Shown here: positions 8,689 through 18,794 of the stretch, piece after piece
Position numbering within the stretch: the stretch's first letter is position 1
How the letters are laid out: the number at the start of each line of letters is the position of its first letter
Assembly: GCA_020718905.1 (NCBI GenBank)
Contig: DYRD01000005.1
Coordinates: 1 to 57,140 of the forward strand
DNA from: Syntrophus aciditrophicus
Lineage (GTDB): Bacteria; Desulfobacterota; Syntrophia; Syntrophales; UBA8958
Direction of reading: 5' to 3'
DNA length: 57,140 nucleotides
Translations under genes and position numbers: made by a program
The notes under the pieces: generated by a model
What the model was told of the DNA's origin: nothing
Seen by the model: only the letters and a program-made list of their open reading frames with translations
Database searches by the model: none

Positions 8689-9525
8689 ATGATTCCGATT
8701 CGAGAAATCAAGTCCAAAAGCCCGGAGACTCCCCTGCGTTGCCTTTTTCTTGCGGACGCCCACCTTAGAGATAAGAAGGATGCCCATTATCAGACCCTGA
8801 TAAAATTCCTTTCCCGGGTTAATGGACGAGACACTGGGCAACGGGAGCGCAGCACTACCGAGCAAAACTACCCCTCTTCAGGGCGTGGCATGGGCATCGA
8901 CCACCTCTTTATCCTCGGGGACTTTTTTGATTTCTGGTTTAGCCGCCAAGAACGGATCTATCCGGGGTTCCGGCCCATTGTTGACCGTTTGATTCAGCTG
9001 CAAAAAGAAGGCGTCACGATTCATTTCTGTGAGGGGAACCACGATTTCTTCATGAAACCGTATTTTTCCCGCATCCTCGGCATGAATGTCCATGAGGATT
9101 GGGCGGCCCTCAATTGTGCGGGAAGAAGAGTACTCATCGGTCATGGCGATCTGGTGGACCGGACAAACCACAAATATCTGTTTTTGAGAAAAATCCTCCG
9201 ACGCCGTCCTTTTTTCTTTTTGCAGAAGCTGCTGCCTCTCTCCGTTCTCTGGGCTTTAGCCCGGAAGAGCTCCCTGGCCAGCCAGGAGTTGATGGGCGGG
9301 GCCCAGGAGGTAATTATGGCCCGGATGGTTACCTTTGCCGAGGAAAGTTTCCACGCAGGATATGACGCCGTGATCCTGGGACACTGCCACAAGCCCCGGC
9401 TTCAGGAGTTTGTCGCCGGGGGCGATAAGAAAACTTTCGTTACCCTCGGGGACTGGATAGCCCATTACACTTATCTCCTCTACGATGATCGCGGGTTTCA
9501 ACTGCTATGCTACCATGAGGAATAA
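8689..9525 (+). CDS. lpxH: UDP-2,3-diacylglucosamine diphosphatase (LpxH-type metallophosphoesterase)
   Basis: Motifs FLADAHL, ILGDFFDFWF, GNHDF and GHGD in LpxH order. Start set at MIPIREIK. Confidence 0.7.
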   Translation: MIPIREIKSKSPETPLRCLFLADAHLRDKKDAHYQTLIKFLSRVNGRDTGQRERSTTEQNYPSSGRGMGIDHLFILGDFFDFWFSRQERIYPGFRPIVDRLIQLQKEGVTIHFCEGNHDFFMKPYFSRILGMNVHEDWAALNCAGRRVLIGHGDLVDRTNHKYLFLRKILRRRPFFFLQKLLPLSVLWALARKSSLASQELMGGAQEVIMARMVTFAEESFHAGYDAVILGHCHKPRLQEFVAGGDKKTFVTLGDWIAHYTYLLYDDRGFQLLCYHEE

Positions 9526-9601
9526 AAGGGGATAAAACTGGACATAGGATGAGGCGCATGCTAAGTACAGGCATCCACAACCAATCTTAAAGGAGTCGCT
9601 T

Positions 9602-10450
9602 ATGAATTTCGGGGGCATCGAACCGGAATGTGCAGCATATGACGGCGCTAAGTTCGCCGTCATCCCTGTTCCCTATGATCTTACGTCCACCTACCAGTCA
9701 GGATCACGCCAGGGGCCGGCAGCGATTTTAGCGGCATCGGCAAATATGGAGCTCTATGACGAGGAACTCCGGAAGGTAACCTATCTGGAAGGGATCTTTA
9801 CGGCCTCCCCGATTGAAGTGGACGCCCGGGGGCCGGATAGAATGATCGGCGCGATCCGCCAGGTAGTCTCCGATGTTCTGATGGACAAGAAGATCCCCGT
9901 CCTGTTAGGGGGAGAACACAGTGTCACCCTGGGGGCCGTACAGGCCGTGCAGGCTGCCTTTCCCGATTTAACCGTCCTCCAGCTCGATGCCCATGCGGAC
10001 CTGCGCGAATCGTATCAAGGCACGCCTTTCAGTCATGCCTGTATCGCTCGTCGCATCCAGGAATTATGTCCCCTTGTCCAGGCAGGTATTCGCAGTCTGA
10101 GCGAAGAGGAGGCCATCTTCATGAAAGAGGGGACCATCAAGACATTTTCTGCTGATTTTATCCTCGATGAACCCGCATGGATAGATAAGATATGCGAACA
10201 TCTCACGGGAGACGTATATATAACTATCGACCTCGACGTGCTCGATCCTGCCTTTATGCCTTCAACGGGCACTCCGGAACCGGGAGGCGTCTCCTGGCGC
10301 GAGGTACTGAGGCTTGTCAGGGCGGTAGCGAAAAAATGCCGGGTCCGCGGTTTTGATGTTGTTGAACTCTCGCCTATTCGGGGACATGTCGCGCCCGATT
10401 TTCTGGCGGCAAAACTGATCTATCGCATCATGGGTTATCTGACCGTCTGA
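9602..10450 (+). CDS. speB: Agmatinase (arginase/ureohydrolase family)
   Basis: GGEHSVT, LDAHADLR and DLDVLDP metal-binding motifs, 282 aa. Confidence 0.85.
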   Translation: MNFGGIEPECAAYDGAKFAVIPVPYDLTSTYQSGSRQGPAAILAASANMELYDEELRKVTYLEGIFTASPIEVDARGPDRMIGAIRQVVSDVLMDKKIPVLLGGEHSVTLGAVQAVQAAFPDLTVLQLDAHADLRESYQGTPFSHACIARRIQELCPLVQAGIRSLSEEEAIFMKEGTIKTFSADFILDEPAWIDKICEHLTGDVYITIDLDVLDPAFMPSTGTPEPGGVSWREVLRLVRAVAKKCRVRGFDVVELSPIRGHVAPDFLAAKLIYRIMGYLTV

Positions 10451-10614
10451 TCGTAGATCCAGTATCTAGTGGTCACTTATGTTTGACGGTTTCGTAATAC
10501 GGCCGGAAAGCCCGTTATGTCATTTCCTCCTTAGGGAGAAATATTGAAATAGTTAAAGATTTCTCGTCTCTTTATTTCTCGAAATGACAGAATTCGGCGT
10601 TTTACGGGTTCATC

Positions 10615-12849
10615 ATGTTTGGCATAGGGGCGATCATGGACAGCCTGCAAGTCTCCTATATCTCGATAATTACGCCGGTTCTCGGCCTCTTTGTCCTCAC
10701 CGGGCTGTCGTTTCTTGCCATCTTCCGGGGGGGGCGGAAGCCGATAAACATCCTCTTCGCCGTCATCTGCTTCATGGGGGCTCTCATCAATGCCGATGTG
10801 GCCCTGGTGAATGTCGTTCCCGACAAGAATCTCGCCATCAAGATTGACCGGTTAACTTACATGGTATTTATCTTCAGTCCCCCCGTCTATATCCAATTTG
10901 TTCATTATTTTCTGGGGATATCGAGGTGCCGCTGGCTGGAGTATCTGGCCTATGGTTTCAGCGCCATATTTTTGATCTTGACGCCCACGGACCTCTTCAT
11001 CAAAGGATTTGCTCAATTTGATTTCGGAATCATTGCCCAGGCGGGCAAGGCCTTTCATTTCTTTACCGTCCTGGCAAGTTTTACCGTCTGTTATTGTCTC
11101 TATACTCTCTTTATGGGAATGAAGAAGACACGGGAAAACCAGAAAAAGAATCGCATCAAGTACATCCTTTGGGGATTGGGGCTCAGTTCGTTTCTCATTG
11201 CTCTCAATATCCTCCCCGTCAGCGGACTCAATGTTTATCCCCTGGGGAACTTCAGTTTTATCCCCGCCATTGTCCTGGCCTTTGGGGTGCTGAAATACGA
11301 TCTCCTGGATATGGGGGCGGTAATCCGCAGAGGAACCATCTATTTCCTGCTCACCATCGTCCTGACTATCTTTTATGTTCTGATTATCGGTTTCTTCAAT
11401 ACCCTGTTCATCAGGAGTGGACAGACCCACCCCCTGCTGTTGCCATTTGTCCTCTCCCTGTTTATGGTCACTTTGTTTAACCCCATCCGGAAAAAGGTAC
11501 GGATATTTATCGATCGACTCTTCTTCCGGGGAAAATACGACTATCAACGTTTATTAAAAGAAGTCAGTGCTCAGATGACAACGCTCTTGCGGATTGATGA
11601 CGTCACTGATCTCCTGCTCAAATCGGTTGATGAAAATCTTCGGACCGACCAGGTAGCGTTACTGATTTTTGAGGAAAAAAGCAGTCGCTTGCAAGTGAAG
11701 CAGTTGGGAGGAGCCGCAGTCGATAGTTCATGGGAGGAAATAGATCATCAGCATCCGCTGGTTGCCTATTTGGAGGAGGTTAAGAGACCGCTGAGCGCCG
11801 CCCTGGTGAAATGTTCCGGATTATCGAATTATGAAAAAGCGGCCATTATCGATTTGATCAGGGCATGGAAATCGTCGCTGGTTGTGCCGATGCATTCCCA
11901 GGGGAGATTGATCGGCATCCTCGCTCTCGGACAGAAGAAATCGGGAGAACTTTTCGTCCACGAAGACATAGAGCTCTTATCCACCCTGGCCAACCAGAGC
12001 GCCACGGCCCTGGATAATGCCAAGATGTATAATGAACTGGAAAAGTTGAATCAGGAACTGGAAAGGAAGGTCGAAGAGAGGACTAGTGATTTGCGTCAGG
12101 CCCTTGCCGAGAAGGAAAGGACGCAGGAGCAACTTATTCAATCCTAAAGCCTCGCTGCCATTGGACAGCTTGTTGCGGGAACGGCCCATGAATTGAACAA
12201 CCCTCTTGCCAGTGCCGCAAGCCTTTTACAGAACAGCGCCGAAACAATCAGCGAATGGCCGGAGACGTTCAGGGAGCGGGAAGAAGTAATAGATGATCTG
12301 ACCTTTCCCCTGAAAGAGCTGAGAAGAGCCGGGGATATCGTCAGGAGCCTCCTGGGTCTTACCCGCCAGACCCAGACTTATGTAGAACCGGTCAATATCA
12401 ATGTTGCCATTGATGACGCCCTGCGGGTTCTCCACAACCAGCTTAAGACCCTCCCCGTATCCATCGAGAAGAACTATGAAGAAGCACTGCCGCCGGTGGA
12501 GGGTAATTTTGCCAATCTGGGGCAGGTTTTCATCAATACAATCAAAAATGCCCTCCAAGCCCTAGAGGAGGGAAAAGGGGTGATCAGCCTCAAGACCAGT
12601 TACCGAAGGGAAACGGACTCCGTATTTTTCGAATGTCGGGATACGGGAGAGGGCATCCCGGCGGCCCATCTTAAAGATATTTTTAAACCATTTTATAAAT
12701 CGAAACCGCTGGGAAAGGGAACGGGATTGGGATTATACATCTCTCACGAGATTATCAAGCGACACGGTGGAGACATCTCCGTTTCCACTGAACCGGGGAA
12801 GGGGTCGGTCTTTGTAATCGAACTTCCCTGCAAAAGGGGGGAAGGATGA
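10615..12849 (+). pseudogene. Membrane sensor histidine kinase (7TM sensor region, GAF-like domain, HisKA, HATPase_c) interrupted by an in-frame TAA
   Basis: ORFs 10615..12147 and 12193..12849 are in the same frame. Reading through TAA at 12145-12147 gives ...EQLIQS*SLAAIGQLVAGTAHELNNPLAS, a canonical H-box helix. The HATPase motifs (N, G1 DTGEGI, G2 GTGLGL) lie in the downstream part. Confidence 0.8.
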
Positions 12850-13847
12850 TCGTCCTGGTTGTGGATGATGAGGAAGGCGTCAGAAGATCGCTGAAAAAGG
12901 TCCTGGAGAGGGATCAATACGTGATTCTGCTTGCGGAAAACGGACAGGAGGCCATCGATCTGGTGCGGGCGAATAACCGCGATATTGAGACGGTTATCTC
13001 CGATTTCAAGATGCCCGGAATCACTGGCCTGGAGACGCTTATTGAAATCGGGAGGATAAATCCGGAAGTCACCCGGATCATCCTTACGGGATATGCCACC
13101 ATGGAAAGCGCTATCGAATCCGTAAATGCAGGGATCGACGGGTTTTTGACCAAGCCCTTTGACAATACTGAACTTCGGGCGAAGGTGAAGGAATGCAATA
13201 TCAAAAAAAGGCTGAAACAGTTCGTATCCGAACCCGTCCTCAATGAGCTGCAGCGGGATACGAGCGACATGTATCCAAGAAAACAGCAGCTAAGCGTACT
13301 TTTTGCCGATATTCGCGGTTTTGCCAGGATGGCGGAGAACATGACCCCAAAAGAGTTAGCTGAGCTTATCAATCGCCATTATTTTTCTCCCCTTGACCAG
13401 ATTATTTATGACTATCGTGGGACTCTTGATAAACACATCGGGGACGGTATCATGGGCATCTTCGGGGCGCCGAGGGCCGAGGAAGACGACACGTTACGGG
13501 CAGTTACCGCCGCCGTTCACATGCGGGACGAGATGGGGAGAATAAACGGTTATCTATCCGGCCAGGGGAAACGGATCGTTGTGGGGATCGGCATCGGCAC
13601 GGGGGAGGCAATGGCCGGCATCTTTGGGTCGGCAAAGAAAAAAGAATATACCGCCTTTGGACATCCCGTGAATATCGCCTCCCGCCTGGAGCACCTGGCC
13701 CGGGAAGACCAGATTCTTATCTGCGAGCGTACCTATGAACGGGTCCAAGATCTTGTCGAAGTGGAAAGAATAGGGGATTTTAACCTCAGAGGCATGGAGA
13801 AAGCGGTTGAGGTATTCAATATTATTGCCATGAAACGGAAACTCTGA
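12846..13847 (+). CDS. Response regulator fused to a class III adenylate/guanylate cyclase domain
   Basis: Receiver motifs (VVDDE, DFKMPG, TKP) followed by the cyclase core VLFADIRGF...GDGIMGIFG. ATGA overlap with the kinase stop. Confidence 0.85.
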   Translation: MIVLVVDDEEGVRRSLKKVLERDQYVILLAENGQEAIDLVRANNRDIETVISDFKMPGITGLETLIEIGRINPEVTRIILTGYATMESAIESVNAGIDGFLTKPFDNTELRAKVKECNIKKRLKQFVSEPVLNELQRDTSDMYPRKQQLSVLFADIRGFARMAENMTPKELAELINRHYFSPLDQIIYDYRGTLDKHIGDGIMGIFGAPRAEEDDTLRAVTAAVHMRDEMGRINGYLSGQGKRIVVGIGIGTGEAMAGIFGSAKKKEYTAFGHPVNIASRLEHLAREDQILICERTYERVQDLVEVERIGDFNLRGMEKAVEVFNIIAMKRKL

Positions 13848-13855
13848 AAAATAAC

Positions 13856-13884
13856 TTGACTTTTTAAAAGGGGTGATCTAAAGA
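13856..13884 (+). promoter_or_regulatory. Candidate sigma-70 promoter for tRNA-Met
   Basis: TTGACT, a 17-nt spacer, then TAAAGA, ending 25 nt before the tRNA 5' end. Confidence 0.3.
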
Positions 13885-13908
13885 AGCAAGTTCAGAATGA
13901 CGCAATGA

Positions 13909-13985
<77 letters not shown>

Positions 13986-13990
13986 AGAAA

Positions 13991-14030
13991 CTAAGGGGGT
14001 TAGCGAAGCAGCTTAACCCCCTTAGTTTTT
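13991..14030 (+). terminator. Rho-independent terminator after tRNA-Met
   Basis: CTAAGGGGGTTA...TAACCCCCTTAG 12-bp stem followed by TTTTT. Confidence 0.7.
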
Positions 14031-14108
14031 CTGTACTGCCCTGTATGCTATCCCTCATCGCCTATGGCACTCATCTATTATAGGAAATAAACTGTTGATT
14101 ACCAGATG

Positions 14109-14447
14109 TTACAACAAACGATAACGACGCTCTTGCTTATCATGTAAATCCACTGCTGTCCAGTTCAGAGATAATTGCTCCGGCATCATCGTTACCGGCG
14201 GTGGCTCAAAGGGCTGGTCTATCCATGCCCACAAATTCCTGTACCTGAAGAGGTTATATCGCAACATCGCCACCAGGTTCGACAGCGACCACTGGAACAG
14301 GGATCGGAACTTCAGGTACTTCAGGGTTAGGACGGCAATCAATGCTGTCCAAATCTGGATGATAAGCGCATTTGGTGAAGTACCTACAAAAGTCTTGATC
14401 CTCAGGTTCCGCTTGATGGTCTTGAAAAAGATCTGTCGGGTAAAGGA
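14109..14447 (-). mobile_element. IS4-family DDE transposase, C-terminal remnant only
   Basis: ...RQIFFKTIKRNLRIKTFVGTSPNALIIQIWTALIAVLTLKYL...WSLSNLVAMLRYNLFRYRNLWAWI matches the conserved IS4 C-terminal block (RWQIELFFKxIKQxLxIKxFxGTSxNA). No catalytic N-terminal part is present. Confidence 0.65.
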
Positions 14448-14587
14448 CTGGCGCGGTTCCTGGGCGTATTCCCGTCCCGTTTCCAGCTCCTCCCCATAGG
14501 AACTGCTCGTGAGGTTTTCCCTCAAGCAGCTCGCCCAGCAGTCTTCACCGAAATGGTTATGTATCCTGGGGATGCCAGCGGCCACTT

Positions 14588-15271
14588 TCACGAATACGCC
14601 TCCACATTTTGCAGGGGATGGATTTCCCAATCCAAAAACACCCCCAACCCCACGGGGGAATCGATCAGTCCGTCATGATGAACCTCATCTCTTGCGACTG
14701 GGTCCGGCGCCACCACAACATCATATTTTTCCGCGATGATGGTCTCGACACTGTAGACATTAACAATGGGCGGGTCCATATCCAGCAGTGTCGGGAAGGT
14801 CATCTCCCGGGCATCGGGAACCACGACATCGCCGAAGCCGACATCGATCTGCATGGGAATTCTCGCCTTGCCGAGCCATCCGTCGAACTTGATCCTTATG
14901 CCGGGATACTCCGTATGCTCCGCCATGGCCTCGATACTGAAATCGTCGAATTTATAGATCAGGCCGTCATCGATCGCCATACTCCCGATTTCTCTGATAA
15001 AACGCTCTACGGAGTTGATATTCCCCGGCATGAGGCCAGGGAAATCGATATCCCGCGTCGTTCTGGCCAGAGGGAGACCCATCCCCACCAGCAGCAGTCC
15101 ACCCTTCAGGATGAATTTTCCTTTCAGGCGCGAATGGGATAAGCGGAAAAGGAAGCGTTCCAGACCATAGTTGGTCAATAGCGATTGAAAGGGTTTGCCG
15201 CTTTGGCGGGCCATGGATAAAAGCCGGTTTTTTATGGAGGCCGAGATATTCTTGACGGGAGCGCCGCTCAT
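14588..15271 (-). CDS. AbiEii/AbiGii-family nucleotidyltransferase toxin (type IV TA); C-terminus probably altered or truncated
   Basis: MSGAPVKNISASIKNRLLSMARQSGKPFQSLLTNYGLERFLFRL...KFILKGG is the family N-terminus. ATGA overlap with the upstream antitoxin gene. The last ~40 aa look non-homologous and overlap the IS4 remnant ORF. Confidence 0.65.
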   Translation of the reverse strand: MSGAPVKNISASIKNRLLSMARQSGKPFQSLLTNYGLERFLFRLSHSRLKGKFILKGGLLLVGMGLPLARTTRDIDFPGLMPGNINSVERFIREIGSMAIDDGLIYKFDDFSIEAMAEHTEYPGIRIKFDGWLGKARIPMQIDVGFGDVVVPDAREMTFPTLLDMDPPIVNVYSVETIIAEKYDVVVAPDPVARDEVHHDGLIDSPVGLGVFLDWEIHPLQNVEAYS

Positions 15272-15885
15272 GAAACCATGGCCTCCAGATAGGGGGTGAC
15301 CAGCTTTTCCACCTTGCAGAGCTTTGCGTATTCCATCAACTTGGCCGGGCTTGGCCCGCGTCGTTTGAGATATGACCTGGCCGCCTCCAATGCTACATCC
15401 ATCCCCACCGCATCGCGCCAGTGGAAACAATCTATCACCGTCTTGGGTGCACTATAGATCCGTACTTCCTGTTCCATGATGAGATGGGTTTCAATTCCCT
15501 CGTGGAAACAGGAACCACTGAAGAAAATGACCCGGACCGGCGGGTATGATATCTTAGGTTTGCGGGCCTTCCGCTCCACGGCAAGCCAGATTTCATGCGG
15601 TATCTGGGTGGTAAGGCCATTGAAGGAAAGAGCGGAAATGAGGCAAATAACGCCGTGCGGGACGATCTTGGCTACATTGACGAGGTCGATTTCCATCGGC
15701 AGGTTTTCCATTTCGGCAAGCTGATAGACGCCGCGGGATAGAGAAACCATCGCGCCTTCGTCGCGAAGGCCGTATAGGGTTCTACGGTGAATGCCCTGAC
15801 GGAAGGCCTCCTGAGTGCGAATGGTCCCTCCCCGGGCACGGATGATATCGATGGCTTTTTCTTTGGCGGTATTCATCGAGGGCAT
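15268..15885 (-). CDS. AbiEi-family antitoxin / transcriptional regulator (type IV TA)
   Basis: IRARGGTIRTQEAFRQGIHRRTLYGLRDEGAMVSLSRGVYQL is the AbiEi_4 wHTH signature. The start is uncertain: the ORF track begins at 15975, and MPSMNTAKEK at 15885 was chosen. Confidence 0.65.
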   Translation of the reverse strand: MPSMNTAKEKAIDIIRARGGTIRTQEAFRQGIHRRTLYGLRDEGAMVSLSRGVYQLAEMENLPMEIDLVNVAKIVPHGVICLISALSFNGLTTQIPHEIWLAVERKARKPKISYPPVRVIFFSGSCFHEGIETHLIMEQEVRIYSAPKTVIDCFHWRDAVGMDVALEAARSYLKRRGPSPAKLMEYAKLCKVEKLVTPYLEAMVS

Positions 15886-16224
15886 GGTACAAAAGCGTCG
15901 GCAAAAAGTCAAGTCTGCCGACGTTATTTGACCATAAGCGATTCTTTTTTTTATAAGGTCATGCCCCATGGTCAAACTTGGGTTTTTACAGTAGTTAAAT
16001 GTCGGTGTTCATGATAATCAGAATCCGTAAGTCAGGAGGATGGCCGGGAATTATGCCTCGAATCTTGCTTCGATCTTGCAGTAATATTACAGTAATTTCC
16101 CGGAAAAAAGGGGGATTTTGGGGGTATAAAAAGAGATGTTCCGGGATAGACAAAACGCAACCCAAGTATTTAAACATAAAAAGTAATTTAATGATGTCGC
16201 TGTCTTGCCGATTCCTATGGTTCT

Positions 16225-16272
16225 GGGCCCATAACCCAAAGGTCAGAGGTTCGCATCCTCTCCCCGCTACCA
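16225..16272 (+). repeat. Direct repeat of the 3' 48 nt of tRNA-Met (att-type duplication)
   Basis: 45/48 identical to 13938-13985, including the anticodon-loop 3' side, T-arm, acceptor and CCA. Weaker similarity continues about 45 nt into a terminator-like GGTTAGCTGAAGCAGCTAA segment. Confidence 0.85.
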
Positions 16273-16457
16273 AACAATTACAAGTGGTTAGCTGAAGCAG
16301 CTAATCCCTTTTCTGCATTTTGGAGCATGCTTCCACCGGATTTATGGGGAGCAACCTTCTATTTCACGCTGCCGTTTAATCCTTGTTAATCAGCTCGCCA
16401 ATATAAATAGAAGGTGAAAAGCGGCATGATCGCCAACTTTACTGTCCATTCCGCGGC

Positions 16458-17048
16458 TTATTCCCTTTCCAGGGGAAAGGTCAGACTTGCGCCATACCAG
16501 CCTATTACTGATACGATGGGGATTAGAGCCAGCAACAGCATGAGATAGATGATTCTCTCTCCGGCAGGGGAAATGGCCACGGCGGGGAGGAAGGCGTGCA
16601 GGAAAAAGGCGGATAGGGAGACCGTAACGAGCAGGGCTGAAAAGAAGATCTTTATCCGAACAGGTCGCATAGGTCTGGCTTGATAGTTGATCCACCAGGC
16701 AAGAAAACCAGTCAGGGCAGCTGGTACGGAAAGGAAAATGCCGGCCCCCAAGCAGTGGAAGGCGGTCGTTTCGAACGCGTTCATATCCGTGGCCAGATAG
16801 ATCAGATAGAAGAGTGCCGGCGATACCGAAAAAGCGATGGGAAAGTGAACCACCATGGGGTGGGGATGTCGACGCAGGAAGGGGAATCTTGCTATCAACG
16901 TTTCCAGGGGCTTGGGCAAAAACGTCACCTCCGCCGCTTCCTTTACATATAGAGTACCCACTTCGGGATACCGATCCAGCATCTCCGGGCCGTGAGGTGC
17001 GGCTTGAATATCGGCAGTAAGGTCGCGTCCCGCCGAGTGACGTTTCAT
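16458..17048 (-). CDS. DUF2231-like integral membrane protein
   Basis: HPMVVHFPIAF motif and four predicted TM helices. ATGA overlap with the upstream UbiA-family gene. Confidence 0.5.
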   Translation of the reverse strand: MKRHSAGRDLTADIQAAPHGPEMLDRYPEVGTLYVKEAAEVTFLPKPLETLIARFPFLRRHPHPMVVHFPIAFSVSPALFYLIYLATDMNAFETTAFHCLGAGIFLSVPAALTGFLAWWINYQARPMRPVRIKIFFSALLVTVSLSAFFLHAFLPAVAISPAGERIIYLMLLLALIPIVSVIGWYGASLTFPLERE

Positions 17049-17995
17049 ATGTGACCCGGTATTCCACAATTTACTGTCACTGACATCGAATACCCTGTTT
17101 TTGTAGCGGGTGCCATCTTTATTCTATCCATGTAATCATCTTTCAGCAGCTTGAAGGAGCCATATGCTAGGGGAACAGTCAGGAGCCCCATTAGAATACT
17201 CAGTGACGTTAACCTGAAGTATGCACATAGGAGCATGGTTGCATAAGCACATGTCATGCCAGCAGCATATAATACAATAGCCTTTTTTCTTCCAACACGT
17301 GCCACAAGATTTAACTTGCCTGATTGGCGATCTTCCTCATAATCTGGTATCTCATTGATGATGATCATGGACCACATGAGAAATCCTGGCACCAGGGAAA
17401 TCATGAAGGGTTCCCAGGCAATCGATCGGGTCTGCACCTAGAATGCACCGAGACAAATAACCGGACCGAAATTAATGAGGAGGCTGAATTCTCCGAACCC
17501 CCGGTAGCCATACCGTATGGGCGGCATGGTGTAAAAAACGGAAGAAAAAACGCCGATGGCAGTAAAGACCAGGACGGGCCAGCCCACCGCAATGGTCAGG
17601 TAAATTGCGATAATGGCCCCCACGAGGTAACAAAATATCGCTGCTGACAATACGTGACGCGTGGTAAGGAGTTCTCCCACCAGAACCCCGCTGCCACCGG
17701 TATAGGGATTCTTCTTTTCGCCGTGCAGACGATCTGCGGCATGGAGATAATCAAAGACATCATCCACCATGTTAAGACCTATATGGTGCAATGTTACCCC
17801 TGCAATGACCAGGGTAAAATACCATAAGTTGAATTCATGAAGTCTGGACCAGGCGACGATACTTCCCAACAGGGCCGGAAAGATGCTGGTGGGTACAAAA
17901 TGAAGGCGAAGGGCCTGAATCCATATGCTCACGATGCCTGGGGGCCGTTCATATTTTCTGACCAAAATCATACTTAGCGGCATGGCACGTAACAT
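17045..17995 (-). pseudogene. UbiA-family (MenA-like) aromatic prenyltransferase interrupted by an in-frame TAG
   Basis: ORFs 17438..17995 and 17045..17437 are contiguous in one frame. The junction reads ...GPVICLGAF*VQTRSIAWEP. Both Asp-rich motifs are present (NMVDDVFDY upstream, NEIPDYEEDRQSGK downstream). Confidence 0.75.
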
Positions 17996-18109
17996 CTGTT
18001 AATATATACTTAAAAATATTATTTCCACCCACAGGTCTTAAATGATGGCACCTAGCGGCATCGGCATGACAAATAGCAGGGCGTGCTTTGTAGCGCCGTT
18101 TTTCCTTAC

Positions 18110-18769
18110 TTATATTTTTTTCAAATCCTCCTCATCCAAACTTAACTCACGAGCAAGATATGCAAGCGTCGCCCCGGTTTGCTCGATGACTTCCTGGAGA
18201 TAGTCTTTCAGGCTTGCCTGTTTTTCGCAGGCGTCAAATGAATCCTTCAAGATCAAGGCAAGGCCGACGGACATTATCTTATACCCCTCTTTTGTTGTTT
18301 CCTTCTCACCTGCGCTTTCCGGGATGCCGAGCACCACGATTCTCTCATCAATAATACTGTACCGGATATTATGGGCCATAAGGCAATTGCTGAAGAGAAC
18401 TTCCGCACCCGCCTTCATATACCGAACGCCCATCCGTAGCCGGTCTGGAAACTTCGGCAAGAGATACTTGATGCGTACCCCTTTTTTTGCTATGTTTTCA
18501 ATTGCATCAACGATGTCATTCGTTGTCTTTATATCATCGCCGGAGGGGGACCTGCCGGTAATGCAGCCGATTAGCTCTTTTTTTGCCTCAAGCATCGAGT
18601 CCATGAGGGAGAGGAAGTATTCCTGTCGAGAAGGGACCCTTGTTGCCCTTCCCACTTCCCGGAGCAAGATGTCTCTTTGTTTTCTCTCACGGATGTTGAA
18701 TATCAGAAGGGTAAAGGTACCGATTAATAGTATGGATTCAAGCACCAGTAGCCCTATCTCCAGAGTCAT
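18110..18769 (-). CDS. Hypothetical membrane-anchored protein (219 aa)
   Basis: GGAGG RBS then ATG at 18769, with an N-terminal TM helix (LEIGLLVLESILLIGTFTLLIF). No family assigned with confidence. Confidence 0.45.
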   Translation of the reverse strand: MTLEIGLLVLESILLIGTFTLLIFNIRERKQRDILLREVGRATRVPSRQEYFLSLMDSMLEAKKELIGCITGRSPSGDDIKTTNDIVDAIENIAKKGVRIKYLLPKFPDRLRMGVRYMKAGAEVLFSNCLMAHNIRYSIIDERIVVLGIPESAGEKETTKEGYKIMSVGLALILKDSFDACEKQASLKDYLQEVIEQTGATLAYLARELSLDEEDLKKI

Positions 18770-18794
18770 TGTCAAGCCTCCAAAGGCAATAACA

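Noticed and set aside
16390-17067. 225-aa ORF overlapping the DUF2231 gene on the same strand in another frame
   Set aside because: It is Arg/Ser/Pro/Gly-rich with no hydrophobic pattern. The alternative frame gives a coherent four-helix membrane protein coupled to the upstream gene by an ATGA overlap.
18046-18061. Sigma-54-like TGGCAC element in the UbiA upstream region
   Set aside because: The GC of the -12 element is off by one nucleotide from the canonical GG-N10-GC spacing. The element also points (plus strand) towards genes that are all encoded on the minus strand.
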